A stretch of 64,000 bases of DNA, from the NCBI RefSeq assembly GCF_963921235.1, contig NC_086097.1:15934001-15998000 (forward strand), given 5' to 3'. Shown here one piece after another: positions 1 to 13,699 of this stretch; within the stretch, counting starts at the first letter, position 1; every line of letters starts with the position of its first letter. The notes beneath the pieces were generated by a model that had not been told where the DNA came from, did no database searches, and was given only the letters and a program-made list of their open reading frames with translations. Both the position numbers and the translations under genes were made by a program. This DNA is from Mobula hypostoma. Its lineage: Eukaryota.

Positions 1-536
1 TAACATATAGTTACAACAGTGCAAAGCAATACCATAATTTGATGAAGAACAAACCATGGGCACGGTAAAAATATTCTCAAAGTCCCCGAGTCCATCGACT
101 CCTGAGTCCCCAATAGCAGGCGGCAAAAGAGAGAAACTCCCTGCCATAAACCTCCAGGCACCGTCAACTTGCCGATGCCTTGGAAGCAGCCAACCACAGC
201 CGACACCAAGTCCATCCATCCGAAAACTTTGAGCCTCCGACCAGCCTCTCTGATACAGCCTCCCGAGCGCCATCCTCTGCTGAGCGCCTTCAACCTAGCC
301 CCGGCCGCTGAAACAAGCAAAGCCAAGGATTCAGGGCCTTCTGCTCCGGAGATTCCGGTTACCACACAATAGCAGCGGCAGTGAAACGGGCATTTCAGAA
401 GTTTTCCAGATGTTCCTTCGTACTCTCACGTCATCTCCGTCAAATCAGAATCGTGCACGGTCCCCTACTTGACAGATAACAGATGTTCATCAACGGAGAG
501 GCCGCACGCACTGCCGTCGCACCACCATCTTCTCCT
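1..536 (-). mobile_element. Non-autonomous retroposon-like element, running off the window edge
   Basis: GC/CpG-rich segment starting with AAGATGGTGCG on the minus strand, abruptly interrupting CR1 APE sequence; no coding homology recognised. Confidence 0.45.
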
Positions 537-2290
537 CCTCTTGTAGGCTTATCTACATATTGTGTCAGGAAACCTTCCTGAACACACCTAACAAACTCCA
601 CCCCATCTAAATCCCTTGCTCTAGGGAGATGCCAATCAATATTTGGGAAATAAAAATCTCCCACCACGACAACCCTGTTATTATTACACCTTTCCAGAAT
701 CTGTTTCCCTATCTGCTCCTTGATGTCCCTGTTACTATTGGGTGGTCTATAAAAAACACCCAGTAGAGTTGCTTACCCCTTCCTGTTTCTAACTTCCACC
801 CACAGAGTAGACAAACACTCCATGACTTCCTCCTTTTCTGCAGCCATGACACTATCTCTGATCAGCAGTGCCACTCCCCCACCTCTTTTACCTCCTTCCC
901 TGTCCTTTCTGAAACATCTAAAGCCTGGCACTCTAAGTAACCATTCCTGCCCCTGAGCCATCCAAGTCTCTGTAATGGCCACAACACAACTCCAAGTACT
1001 AATCCACGCTCTAAGCTCATCCGTTTTGTTCGTGATCTTCTTGCATTAAAATAGACACATTTCAAACCAAATGTCTGAGCGTATCCCTTCTTTATCACCT
1101 GCCTATCCTCCCTCTTGCACTGTCTCCAAGCTTTCTCTATTTGTGAGCAAACAGACCCTTCCTCTGTCTCTTCAGTTCGGTTCCCACCGTCCAGCAATTC
1201 TAGTTTAAACTCTCCCCAATAGCCTTAGCAAACCTCCCTGCCAGGATATTGGTCCCCCTTGGATTCAAGTGCAACCCTTCCTTTTTGTATAGGTCATGCC
1301 TGCCCCAAAAGAGGTCCCAATGATCCAGAAACCTGAATCCCTGTTCCCTGCTCCAATCCCTCAGCCACACATTTATCCTCCACCTCACCCTATTCCTATA
1401 CTCACAGTTGCGTGTCATAGGCAGTAATCCCGAGATTACTACCTTTGAGGTCCTGCTTCTCAATCCCCTGTAGTCTGTTTTCAGGACCTCCTCCCTTTTC
1501 CTACCTATGTTGTTGGTACCAATATGTTCCATGACCTCTGGCTGTTCACCTTCCCACCCCAGGATATCACGGACGTGATCAGAAACATCCTGGATCCTAG
1601 CACCTGGGAGGCAAAGAACCATCTGTGTTTCTTTCCTACATCCACAGAATCGCCTGTCCGACCCCCTAACTATAGAGTCCCCTATTACTGCTGCCTTCTT
1701 TCTTTCCCTACCCTTCTGAGCCACAGGGCCAGACTCTGTGCCAGAGGCACGTCCACTGTTGCTTCCCCCAGATAGTTCATTCCCCCCCCCCCGACAGTAC
1801 TTAAACAGGAATACTTATTGTTAAGGGGGACAGCCACAGGGGTACTCTCTAGTATCTGACTCTTGCCCTTCCCTCTCCTGACTGTTACCCACTTACCTGT
1901 CTCCCGAGGCTCCAGAGTGGCTACCTGCCTATAGCGCCTCTCTTGCCTCACTCTCTCTGACCAGCCAAAGGTCATCGAACTGCAGCTCCAGTTCCCTAAT
2001 GCTGCACCATCAAGCTGCAGCTCAACACACCTGGCGCAAATGTGGCCATCTAGGAGGCTGGGAGTGTCCCGGACTTCCCACATCTAACACCCAGTACAGA
2101 ACACCACCCTCACAGATATACTTACTAACTCTATTCTACACAGGTAACCTACCTCGCCTCTACCTGTTATCGCTGAAGCCCTGTTGAGCCAAAGCCCTCC
2201 TACTCTGTCTCCCTCTACTCTGATGCCCACTCTATAACCTCTTTGAGTTGGTCTAACTCGCTGATGTCCACGCGCTTACGTAGTCATCCC
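537..2290 (-). mobile_element. CR1 LINE 5' half: ORF1 (zinc finger plus SGNH esterase) and APE endonuclease, degraded
   Basis: MWEVR...HICARCVELQL, VIGDSIVRG, HIGTNNIG, GLHLNPRG, AITETW, GGGVAL and VGDFYFPNIDW motifs across frameshifted ORFs. Confidence 0.92.
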
Positions 2291-2689
2291 TTGATCAAAC
2301 CGCTGAAGAAAAAAGGGAATGTAGAGCAGGTTAGAAGCGCAATTTGCAAGTGGATATTTGGCTGATCATTGAAGTGAGCAGGAAACGAGCAGGAAAGCAT
2401 TAAATAGTCACAGCATAGTTGGGGAGGATGGGGAAGGAAGACATGCTGGCAATAGCAGGGAATTGGATGTGAGCATGGGAGACTGCACATTCTAGAATCT
2501 AGAGTAATGAATGATCTGCTGGAGGAACCTGGTGAGTCGAGCAACATCTGTTTAGGGAGTTGGGGGAGCGATTTTTACAGGTCAGAACCTACATCAGGAT
2601 CCAGGGAAAAGGTTATAGAGAGTCTGGAAGGGGAGGTCAAGGAATTCAGTCAACAGGTAAAGTGATCATCTTTAATGAATAGAGTGCAA

Positions 2690-4270
2690 AGCCAGTACTT
2701 TGTTCCTAGGATGGTAATGGTCAATACCAGAGGACTTCTCTTAAGGTGAGTGGAGGAAGGTTTAGGGGAGATGTCAGAGATAGGTTTTTACACAGAGAAT
2801 GGTAAGTGCCTGGAACAAACTGCCAGGGTTGTGGGTAGAGGCTGATACAGTAGGGACTTTCAAGAGACTCTTATATAGGCAAGTGAATGTAAGAAAAGAG
2901 CAACTTTACTCTATATATGTAAAAATGGACCTCACTGTTAACTATGGCCAGGTAAAGGTGATTACAAGCTGAAGGTAAATCACAAAGATAATTCAACCCT
3001 GGGAATCAGATACTCTCTGTCCACTCTATCTGTGCCTCTCATAATCTTGCAAACCTCTATCAGATCTCCCCTCAGCCTCCAATGCTCCAGAGAAAGCAAC
3101 CCAAATTTATCTAGCCTCCCGTGATAGCACATGCCCTCTAAACCAGGCAGCATCTTGCTAAACCTCTTCTGCATCCTCTCCAAAGCCTCAACATCCTTCC
3201 TATAGTGGGGCAATCAGAGCTGTACACAATAATCCAGATGTGGCCTAACTAGAGTTTTATAAAGTTGCAACACAATCCCTGACTTCTGAACTCAGTGCCT
3301 TGACTAAGAAAAGCAAACATTCTATAAACCTTCTTAACCACCTTATTGATCTGTGGAGCCACTTTCAAGGAGCTATGAACTTGGATTCGAAGATCTCTCT
3401 GCTCAGCAACACTATTAAAGAGCTTGCCCAACTGAAGAGCAACACCTCACATTTATCTTTGTTAAACTCCATCTGCCACTCTAAGCACATACCTGCAACT
3501 GATCTATATTGTGCTGTATTTTTTGCCAGTCTCCTACACTAACCACAACTCTCCTCTATTGGATAGGTACATGGATAGTAGAGATATGGAAGGCTATGGT
3601 CCTGGTTCAGGTCGATGGGAGTAGACAGTTTAAATAGTTTCAGCACAGACTAGATGGGCTGAAGGCCTTGTTTCTGTGCTGTACTTCTTTATGGCTTCAC
3701 CAATCTTGGCATCATCTGCAAACTTACTAACCAACCCACCTATATTTTCATCCAGGTCATTTATATACATTACAAACAGCAGAGGTCTAAGCACAGACCT
3801 CCAGCTCGAATAAGTCCCTTCAACCACTACCCTCTGTCTTCTATGCGCAAGCCAGTTCTGAATCCAAACAGCCAATTCTCTGTGGATCCCATGCATCTTA
3901 ATCTTCTGGAATAGCCTCTCATGAGGGATTTGGTCAAATGCCTTCCAGGTAGACAACATCCACTGGCCTACCCTCATCAATCTCTCTTGTCACCTTGTCA
4001 AAAAACTCAGTCAAGTTGGTAAGGCATGACTTGGCACATACAAAGCTATGCTGCCTCTCCCTTTCCTACCATGTACCTGTTCAGATATCTTTTAGGCATC
4101 CTAATTGTACCCACCACCCCGTGTGTGGAAAAACCTCTCCACACCCAATTGCTTTAGATCTTTCCCCCTTTTCACCTTAAAACTATGTCCTCTGGTTTTA
4201 GACACCCTATATCCTTAGAAAAAGATTCTGGAAATCCATCTTGTTTAGGCCCATCATGATTTTATAAACG
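2690..4270. mobile_element. Cluster of CR1 ORF2/3' fragments (mainly minus, 2990-4060)
   Basis: KFADDAKIG, KAFDQIPH and LRGDLIEV motifs. Confidence 0.85.
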
Positions 4271-4557
4271 ACACCCCTCCAGCCTTCTTAGATCTAGGGA
4301 AAAGTCCAGGTGTTTTGGTGTTCTGGCCATTGTCTCCTGCACTATTGGAGATTTCATCACACCAGGAGATATCTCCTCCATAGCCTATCTGATATTGACA
4401 AAATCCTACACTTCCTACTTCTAACCCTTACCCATGATTGTTTTGTTATGCCCTTTCTTTCTACCTGTTCTTGCCCTACTGAATTTATTTCCTCAATCCT
4501 CTCTATCCTGTCCGCCATTGTCTAATCTCTTCCCAATGATATTATTTTTATCTATTT

Positions 4558-4850
4558 CATTTTATTTATTTAGAGATACAGTGTGGAATGGGCCTTTGTG
4601 GGCCCTCGTGCCGCACCATCCAGCAGGCCTCGACAACCCTGATTTAACCTTAACCAAATTGCCAGACAACTTACAATAGCCAATTAACCTACCAGGTACA
4701 TTTTTGGACTGTGGGAGGAAAGCAGAAGATCTGGAGAAAACCTACGTAATCTGCGAAGAGGATATACAGAGAATGCCAGGATTGAACTCTGAATTCTGAT
4801 GCCCCAAGCTGTAATAGCACCGCGCTAACTGCTATGCTACTGTAGTGTCC
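4558..4850 (-). mobile_element. V-SINE (HE1-like tRNA-derived SINE)
   Basis: tRNA-like head, V-domain ttcctcccacagtccaaa, CR1-like tail ending in (TAAA)n; homologous to 11033-11317 and 34258-34562. Confidence 0.75.
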
Positions 4851-5353
4851 AAGGTACATCCAGGATGCCTATCATGCCCTCCACTATTTTGACAATTTCA
4901 GATACCAAGGCTCCCCACCACCTCATCTTCCTAATAGATATCCTGTCCTTATAGACCTCCAGCAACAACAGCCTGCAGGAGGAAACCCCGGGGAGGGGGT
5001 TTCAGCAGCATCTGTGGGGAGAACAGACTGTCAGCACATTTGGTCTGAGAATAGAGATGGATGCAGGTATAAAGATCCTGGTTTCAGTCTGAAATATCAA
5101 TCTTTCAAAGCTAAATGCAATTTTTTAAAACATTATGTCCAATCTTTTTGAGTGACTCTTCTACAATACGATTATTAATTAACCCTTTCTCATTACGCAG
5201 CAATAGATCCAGAGTAGTCTGCTATATTGTCACTTCATCAAGACAATGCTTGGTTTTAATTTTATCAAGGCTCCTCGACTCCCACTATCATGACTTAATT
5301 ATTTAGCTGTTAAATATAGAAAATAAATTGCAAAATTGCATCCTTAATTTTGA

Positions 5354-5359
5354 TTTATT
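5354..5359 (-). promoter_or_regulatory. Candidate polyadenylation signal AATAAA
   Basis: AATAAA on the minus strand about 30 nt after the stop codon. The context is AT-rich, so it could be chance. Confidence 0.4.
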
Positions 5360-5390
5360 ATTTTCTTTGTCATAGTTTTTTCCCTGAAAA

Positions 5391-5552
5391 TTAAGTTACT
5401 TTGATAAACTTCCAACATGGGCTGGTATTAAATGCATAGAGGTAATGCTGAAAAAGGAAATAAACCATAACGATTGCTCCCAGAATGATGGTGGTAATCA
5501 TACTGATTAAATAGTGCAATGGATATGCCATTGGTGGGTCATCAACATAAAT
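5391..5552 (-). CDS. CATSPERB: CATSPERB last coding exon (IYVDDPPMAYPLHYLISMITTIILGAIVMVYFLFQ...KVT*), TM helix
   Basis: Acceptor cttttcttttcag; 162 nt ending in TAA; hydrophobic helix. Confidence 0.92.
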   Translation of the reverse strand: MYVDDPPMAYPLHYLISMITTIILGAIVMVYFLFQHYLYAFNTSPCWKFIKVT

Positions 5553-5704
5553 CTGAAAAGAAAAGTAAAAAAAAATTAAATACACTGCATTTTGCACTAA
5601 ATCCTTTTGAAATAGCATTCTTTACACTTAAAAATAAATACAAACCATCTAAATAGATTAAGGAAATAGTTGCCAGAAAAGTATCTTCCTTTAAAAAGAT
5701 CCTC

Positions 5705-6300
5705 CCTGTGGATCTGGGAATACAGACCCATATTTCTTTGGAAGAGGCATCACAGGTAGATAGGATCGTAAAGAAGGCTTTTAGCACATTGGCCTTCATA
5801 AATCAATGTATTGAGTACAGGAGATGGGATGTTATGTTGAAGTTGTATAAGAATTTGGTGAGGTATGATTTGGAGTATTGGTCATCTACCTACAGGAGAT
5901 ATAGAAATAAGGTTGAAAGAGTACAGAGAAAATTTACAAGGCTGTTGCCAGGTCTAGAGGGCCTAGTTGCGTATAAGGTAAGGTTGAATAGATTAGGACT
6001 GTATTCCTTAGAACGTATAAGATTGAGAGAAGATTTGATCGAGATATACAAAATTATGAGGGGTATAGATAGGGTAAATGCAAGCAGGCTTTTACCACTG
6101 AGGTTGGGTGGGACTACAACCAGAGGTCGTGGGTTAAGTGTGAAGGGTGAAAAGTTTAAGGGGAACAGGAGGGGAAACTTCTTCATTCAGAGGGTCGTGA
6201 GAGTGTGGAATGAGCTGCCAGCATAACTGGTCCATGCAAGTTCGATTTCAACTTTTAAGAGAAGTTTCGATAGGTACATGGATGGAATGGGTATGGAGGG
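5705..6300 (+). mobile_element. CR1 3' fragment
   Basis: 172-aa ORF with DLG...LEY...RVVRVWNELP. Confidence 0.9.
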
Positions 6301-7646
6301 TGATAAGTACTCTTAAATAAATTAACTACAATGGACAAAGACTTGATCAATTCCTAATTGGAAGCAATTAGATCAGCTTAATCTGACATTATGGTCCTCT
6401 CAAACAATATAGGCTGAACTGTCTATTCCTGTGCTGCATTGTTAGGTATTCTAAATATATTAGAAGATATGTAGATTAATATATTAAATACAGTTTTGAA
6501 GATAATTCATATCTTGGCTTAATTATTTGTTTCAATCTTTATTGACATTCTGTAAAGTATTTCAATAGGCAATTAAAAATTGTGCCTCTTCCTTCCTGAT
6601 TTGTTGACTGGATGAATGCATTAATGATTTGGTGCAGGATGTCAGGTACCTTGTTTAATTTATACCAAACAGGGATGATTAATGGAAAAGAGGAAGATCA
6701 TGGTACAGATATCTCAGATATTTGTGGATAGCTTTCTTTGGGGCCAGCAAAGAATGCTGATGCTTTGCTATTAACTATGAAATGCAGACTATTATGAGTC
6801 CCTCATTGAACACAAATGTAAAATGGCATAGGTTAGAATTACTTTCATTTAGCTTGGATAAACGTGCTATGAAACATATATATAAATGCCAAGAACTTCT
6901 GCTTAATGGGGGCTTTTTGATCTGAAAGAGTACTTATAATTTGAACAATCCATTACATATTAAATTTGATATAGTAACTTCAAGTGTCATTATATTTGTT
7001 TTATTATTTTGACATATTGTAAGAATAGAGTATACGATCCCATGACAGTACTGTCGAAATCACCAGGTCTCATCATTTGAACACTCTAAAAAAGATAATT
7101 TCCACACTTTTTTTCTTTAATTTAAATCTAGTTTTGATTTACAGCATGTACATTTTACGATATTTATTCTCTATTTGACACTTTTGTTATGCAAGGACTT
7201 CAGCAAAATTAGACGAGCATCAGTGAGCTCAATTTGACATTACGGTTAAAGTATTGTTTAATTTTTCAATAACCCTTAGCATCAAATCAGATCTAACATA
7301 ATATATATCTTTTTGTGTCGATGTTTTTTCTTGCAAGTAGTTTTGTGAACTCAGGAAAATTACTACCAAAAATTAAAAAAATATATTGTTAGTTAAAAAA
7401 GTGAAGGTAATTTTAATTTTATTGATAAAATATAATCATCTGTAATGATTCACCTGCCCTTTATACATTACTGCTTGTTTTTATTTCTGTTAGAAGTATA
7501 TGGTCAAATTAACATGAACTATTCAATCAAAACCTAAATAGGATTTACTGTGTCAAAGAAATATGGACACAATTTTTTTAATGCATTAAAAAAACTTTAT
7601 AACCATGTTTTATTGGAAGAAGTCAGGATTGTAACAGGCTTTAGTA

Positions 7647-7732
7647 TAGGGGTTTCCAATCATTTTTATGGCATGGATCCCAACCATTAACCATTAACAA
7701 GGGGTTTGTGAACCCCAGGTTGGTAACCCCTA
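7647..7732. mobile_element. 86-bp hAT-type MITE
   Basis: TIRs TAGGGGTTTCCAA / TTGGTAACCCCTA; 8-bp TSD CTTTAGTA / CTTTAGGA. Confidence 0.8.
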
Positions 7733-8574
7733 CTTTAGGAGAATATCCTTGTTAAATGCTATACAGTATAAAACTGAATAATTACTAGAAAAGCAGAATT
7801 TCACAGGGCTAAAGGAAAATAACAGGTATGAGCAGCTAATTGCATAGCTTTTCAAAGGGCCTGCACAGACACAGTGAGCTGGATGATCAACTGAATGGGT
7901 AGCCAATCAGGACTGAACCAAGCGAAGGGAGGAGGGCAATATAAACTTAAGCACACACAGAAAGAAACACCAAAAACTGCACACTGAGGACGTCAGCTTG
8001 ACCGACGATGAAATATCTCCAAGCTTCGCTAAGCTCGGCGAATTCCGCAACATTAAATGACTCAACCCGAGATACTGTCCTGGATGATCTTCTTTATTAC
8101 AAAATTCTTATAATCCAAAGAGTGAAGAGAACAGCCAGTTTGATTTCCTGGCTGCTTCAATGGGATTTCTTGCAAATCAAGTATGAGATTGACCAAAAGT
8201 AAGTCAGAAGGTACAATATGATGGATTACCATCTAGTCACATTCAATGAAACAAGTATTGTATGATTCTTGACAGAATGGGACTAAATTGAATACAATTT
8301 ATGACAATTTTCCACACACATCCGAGCAGGACAAGAAGTATGCTGCTTCTCCAAAATATCCCCTAATATATATGAAAATGAAAATCCCAAATGCTGGAAG
8401 ACCGATTCCCAAGTCCACTCCATCTAATTAGTTTGTCCCCAAAATGGATAACTGGAAATATTGTTCCTAACGAGAAGTAACAAGAACTTTAATGAAGGCC
8501 AGAGACACCGTGTCTGGTGCATTTGACAAACCACCACCATATTCTGTTATCAGTGGAGGAAAAACTAACATATA

Positions 8575-10730
8575 AGAGAAAATCTGCAGGTGCTGGAAAT
8601 TAAAGCAATACATACAAAATGCTGGAGGAACTCAGTAGGCCACAATGGAAAAGAGTAAACAGTCAACTTTTCTGGCTGAGATGCTTAATCAGGACTGCAA
8701 AAAAGAGAAGACAAGTCAGAGTAAAAAGGTGGGGAGAGGGGAGGAAGCACAAGGTAGCAGGTGATAGGTAAAACTAGGAGAGGGGGAGAGGTGAAGTACA
8801 GAGCTAGGAATTCAATCAGTTATTGAAGGAGATAAAGGGCTGGAGAAGGGGGAATCTGATGCAAGAGGACTGAAGGCCATGGAAGAAAGGGAAGGGGGAG
8901 GAGCACCAGAGGTGCTGACCAGGGATAGGTTTCCTCTTGTCCTCACCAACCACCCCACCAGCCTCCATGTCCAGCACATAATTCTCCTTAACTTCTACCA
9001 TCTCCAACGGGATCCCACCACCAAGCACATCTTTCCCTAACCCCACTCCCCCCAAAAACTTTCTGCTTTCCGCAGGGATCACTCCCGACGCGACTCCCTT
9101 GTCCACTCGTCCCCCTGCTGTTCTCCCTCCTGGTACTTACCCTTGTAAGCTTAACAAGTGCCCAACCTACCCCTACACCTTCATTAACATTCAGGCCCAC
9201 AAACAGTCCTTCCAGGTGAGGTGACACTTCATCTGTGAGTCATTTGATGTCAGTCGCTGTATTTGGTGCTCCTGGTGTGGCTTCCTGTATATCAGTGAGA
9301 CCCAACATAGATTGGAAGACTGTTTTGCCAAGCATCCACACTCCGTCTGCTGGAAAAAGCGAGATCTCCAGGAGGCCACACATTTCAATTCTGCTTTCCA
9401 CTCCCATTCCGACATGTCAGTTCAGGGCCTCTTCTACTGCCACGATGAGGCTACACTCAAGGGTGGAGAAGCAACACCTTATATTCTGTCTGGGTTGTCT
9501 CATGAACATGGCATGAATATCAATTTCAAGAACCTGGTAAATGTCTCTGATCCCTCTCCTTCACCATTCCCCATTCCCATTTTTCTCTCTCTCTCCTTAT
9601 CTCCTTACTTGCCCATCACTTCCTTCTGGTGCTCCTTCCTTTCCTTTTTCAGGATGTATGTCGTATACATTTCTCTGACATTAAATGTACCTTTGAAACC
9701 TTTTCTTCTATGGTCTTCTGTCCTCTCCTATTAGATTCCCCCTTTCCAGCCCTTTATCTCTTTCACCAATTGACTTCCAAGCTCTTTACTTCATCCCTCC
9801 CCCTCTCCCAGTATCACCCATCACCTACTACCTTGTAACTCTTCCTTCCCTGCCGCCACCTTCTTACTCTGACCTCATCTCTTTTATCCCAGTCCTGATG
9901 AAGGGTCTCAGCCCTGTTACCTGTCCCCAGTATCGATTCCTGTCGGTGTCTCGTAATTCCCATGAGTATCGATTCCTGACAGTGTCCCATGACTTTGTTA
10001 CCTGTGAGAGTCACATGATGGCATATCCCACTGGTATAAAAAGGGGGACCACCGATTGTTGGGGGTCACTTTGTTGGGGAGTCACAGTCGGTGGTTATGC
10101 AATCGTAGGAGAGAGAGAGTGAAGATTGCAGGCTTCGAACAAACTCAAAGGTTCGGGGTTAATCAACGGCATTCAGTGCATTTCGGGTGTGACTGACACT
10201 TAGTATAATCCATACGTGGCACACACTTTTGTTAACCCTTTCATGGTTTGGGTGTTGTGTGGTGACCACTTCAGCTAAAGGTGAGTTACTTTGAGAAAAT
10301 TTGCTCTTCGTAGTCTCTTCGGAAAAGGTACTTCTTGGCTGGGATCGGAGTCAACGGCTTCTTCGTTTTGTCAAGAATCGCCTCACCGCTGCCTCGTGAA
10401 GTCTCTCCTCTCACTTATTTCATGAATCACTTGGACTTCTTAAACTACCACTTTAAGACTGCTTAAGTAAGATCTGTTAAGAATTGTCTCTAAGTTCGAC
10501 TGGTTGATAGGTGTAGATGCATAACACTTTTAACTTCCGTTTAAGTTAGTTGTTTGTTTAGTTTTCTATGTTTTTGAGTACAGGTTAATAAATTTCATTA
10601 TTTATCTATAAAAACCCCACTTAACTTCATATCTATTGCTGCTGGTATGTAACAGCCTGAAACGTCGACTATTTAATCTTTTCCATAGATGCTGTGTGGT
10701 CTGCGAGTTCCTCTAGCATTTTGTGTATGT
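8575..10730 (+). mobile_element. Penelope-like element remnant: inverted pLTR (8575-8920), GIY-YIG region and 3' pLTR, interrupted by a solo LTR
   Basis: Degraded HFICES...YISET...EDCFAKH...HFNS GIY-YIG sequence; pyrimidine-rich pLTR with a hammerhead motif; inverted copy upstream. Confidence 0.85.
9915..10654 (+). mobile_element. Solo LTR (740 bp), Gypsy-like
   Basis: TGTTAC...GTAACA termini; 4-bp TSD GCCC/GCCT; TATAAAA near 10035; AATAAA near 10587; splits a contiguous PLE motif. Confidence 0.85.
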
Positions 10731-11032
10731 GGCTTATAACAAATATCTGACTTGTTTATGACTAACAAGAGTGAAGCCATCTTTAAATGTAGCCGATGGT
10801 CATAAATGTGGTATAAGTGCTAGTCACTACAGAACATGCAGTATTCTGCTAAAATCAACAAATAATTGCTGGAGGAATGCAACAAGTTGTGTAACACATG
10901 AGAGGGGGGAAGGAATGGTCAATGTTTTCATATCAAAATCCTGCCTCAGGTTCTAGGATCCAGCACCTGCAGGACTCGTCTCTTCTGCATACTGATGTGC
11001 TTACTGTGAATAATTCTACTATGATACTTCAT

Positions 11033-11317
11033 TTTATTTTTATTTAGAGGTACAGTGCGGAACAAGCCCTTACAGCCCAATGAGCCGTGCTGCCCAGCAA
11101 CCCACCTATTCAACCCTAGCTTAATGATAGGACAATTTACAATGACCAATTAACCTACTAACCGGTAAGTTTTTGAAATATGGGAGGAAACTGGAGCCCC
11201 CAGAGGAAACACACACAGTAGGGGTGAGAAGGTACAAACTCCTTACAGAAAGCACTGGAAATGAACTCCAAACTCTGACGCCTGAGCGAAAATGGTATCA
11301 TATTGACCACCACACAA
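11033..11317 (-). mobile_element. V-SINE copy
   Basis: Homologous to 4558-4850. Confidence 0.7.
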
Positions 11318-11505
11318 TTAGAACCTTTCAACTGAGAAAATGACCCAAATTGATTACTTTATTTAATTGTTTGAATGCAAGCATCAATCAAGATATTTAA
11401 TTAGTTTAGGAATTCAATAAAACTTGATATAGTTGTTCTTAATATTCTTAATGTTCATTATCCTAAAAAATGATATCTGAAACGTCTAAACAAAAGTGAT
11501 ATTAC

Positions 11506-11580
11506 CTGAAATTCAGTAAACAAGTCACAGAGTGATACTCCAGGAATAACTGTTACTCTGAAATGGTACAATTCTGAACC
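11506..11580 (-). CDS. CATSPERB: CATSPERB penultimate exon (GSELYHFRVTVIPGVSLCDLFTEFQ)
   Basis: Acceptor ttttttctgcaaatag, donor CAG|gtaata; 75 nt; phase 0/0. Confidence 0.93.
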
Positions 11581-11826
11581 CTATTTGCAGAAAAAAGAAG
11601 TTGTGAGGTAAAGTTTATTCCATCAGATTTTGCAATAAGAATGTCAGTAAGGCTACCAGCAACAGTGATTATAACTGACACAAAATATCCATCTTCCACA
11701 GAAACTGCAGAAATTGGGAGAGTCATAGAAAAATATAACATAGAAACAGGCCCTTTGGCCCATCTAGTCCATTCCAAACCATTTCCTACCATGTCCCATC
11801 GACCTGCATCCAGACCATAGCCCTCT

Positions 11827-12473
11827 GGCATTTATAGCGAGAGGATTCGAGTACAGGAGCAGGGAGGTACTACTGCAGTTGTACAAGGCCTTGGTGAGAC
11901 CACACCTGGAGTATTGTGTGCAGTTTTGGTCCCCTAATCTGAGGAAAGACATCCTTGCCATAGAGGGAGTACAAAGAAGGTTCACCAGATTGATTCCTGG
12001 GATGGCAGGTCTTTCATATGAAGAAAGACTGGATGAACTGGGCTTGTACTCGTTGGAATTTAGAAGATTGAGGGGGGATCTGATTGAAACGTATAAGATC
12101 CTAAAGGGATTGGACAGGCTAGATGCGGGAAGATTGTTCCCGATGTTGGGGAGGTCTAGAACGAGGGGTCACAGTTTGAGGATAGAGGGGAAGCCTTTTA
12201 GGACCGACGTTAGGAAAAACTTCTTCACACAGAGAGTGGTGAATCTGTGGAATTCTCTGCCACAGCAAACTGTTGAGGCCAGTTCATTAGCTATATTTAA
12301 AAGGAAGTTAGATATGGCCCTTGTGGCTACAGGGGTCACGGGGTATGGAGGGAAGGCTGGGTTCTGAGTTGGATGATCAGCCATGATCATAATAAATGGC
12401 GGTGCAGGCTCGAAGGGCCGAATGGCCTACTCCTGCACCTATTTTCTATGTTTCTATGTTTCTATGTTTCTAT
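11827..12473 (+). mobile_element. Young CR1 3' fragment with (TTCTATGT)n tail, nested in an older minus-strand CR1 (11725-13200)
   Basis: Clean 162-aa ORF and octamer tail; near-identical to 46349-47103; host CR1 resumes after the tail. Confidence 0.93.
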
Positions 12474-13699
12474 ACCCTTCCCATCCATATATCCATCCAA
12501 ACATCACTTGAATGTTGAAATTGAGCTCACATGCACACTCGAGTTGGCACCTCGTTCCACGTTTTCACTGAGTGAAGAAGTTTCAACGTATATTCCTCTT
12601 AAACTTTTCACCTTTCACCCTTAACCCATTACCTCTGGTTGTAGTCCCACACAACCTCAGTGAATATAAGTCAGGTGTTCCAGACCTGGCAACATCCTTG
12701 TAAACTTTCTCTGTACTCTTTCAACCTTATTTACATTTTTTTTGTAGGTAGGTGATCAAAACTGCACTCACTACTCCAAATTAGGTCTCACCCATGTCTT
12801 ATACAACTTCAACATAACATCCCATCTCCAATACTCAATACTTTGATTTATGAAGGCCAAGGTGACAAAAGCTTTCTTTACAACCCTGTGTACATGTGCC
12901 ACCACTTTCAATGAATTACTGACCTGTATTCCCAGATCCCTTTGTTCTACTGCACTCCTCAGTGCCCTACCATTCACTATGTAACATCTACCCTGGTTGG
13001 TCCTACCGGAGTACAACACCCTACACTTGTCTGCATTAAATACCATCTGCCACTTTTCAGTCCATTTTCCCAGCTGGTCCAGATCCCACTGCAAGCCCTG
13101 ACAGTCTTCCTCGCAGTCCACTGCACCCCAAATCTTGGTATCATCTGCAAATTTGCTGATTCAGTTAACCACAATACCATCCAAATTATTGACATAGAGG
13201 ACTTATTACTGTGGTTACAGGGAGGCTGGTCAAGAAGATTCACTCTCTCAGCATTCAGGATGAGGTAGTAAATTGGATTAGAGATTGGCTTTGTGGGAGA
13301 AGCCAGAGAATGATAGTAGAGGGTTGTCTCTCTGACCGGAGGCCTGTGACTAGGGGTGTGCCACAGAGATCAATGCTTGATCGTTTGGTGTTTGTCATCC
13401 CTTGATGTCCAAAATTGCCGAGATTTGTCTTCCTTACCCTTCACTCTTACAGGAACACACCAGCCCCGTACTCTCACTACTTCACCTATAGAAGACTCAA
13501 ACCTTCAAAATGAAAATTTACCTATAAATATCCACTCCCAAGTCATGTCCAATGACATTCAAATCAGCAATCCCCCCAATTCAGACTCAATTTCCAGAAT
13601 CCTTTTGCATAATTGCTTTGAAATGTAATGAATTATGATGATTATTCTCAAAATACCAGACATTTGCATGATCATGCAATTACATGTCCTGGATATGAC

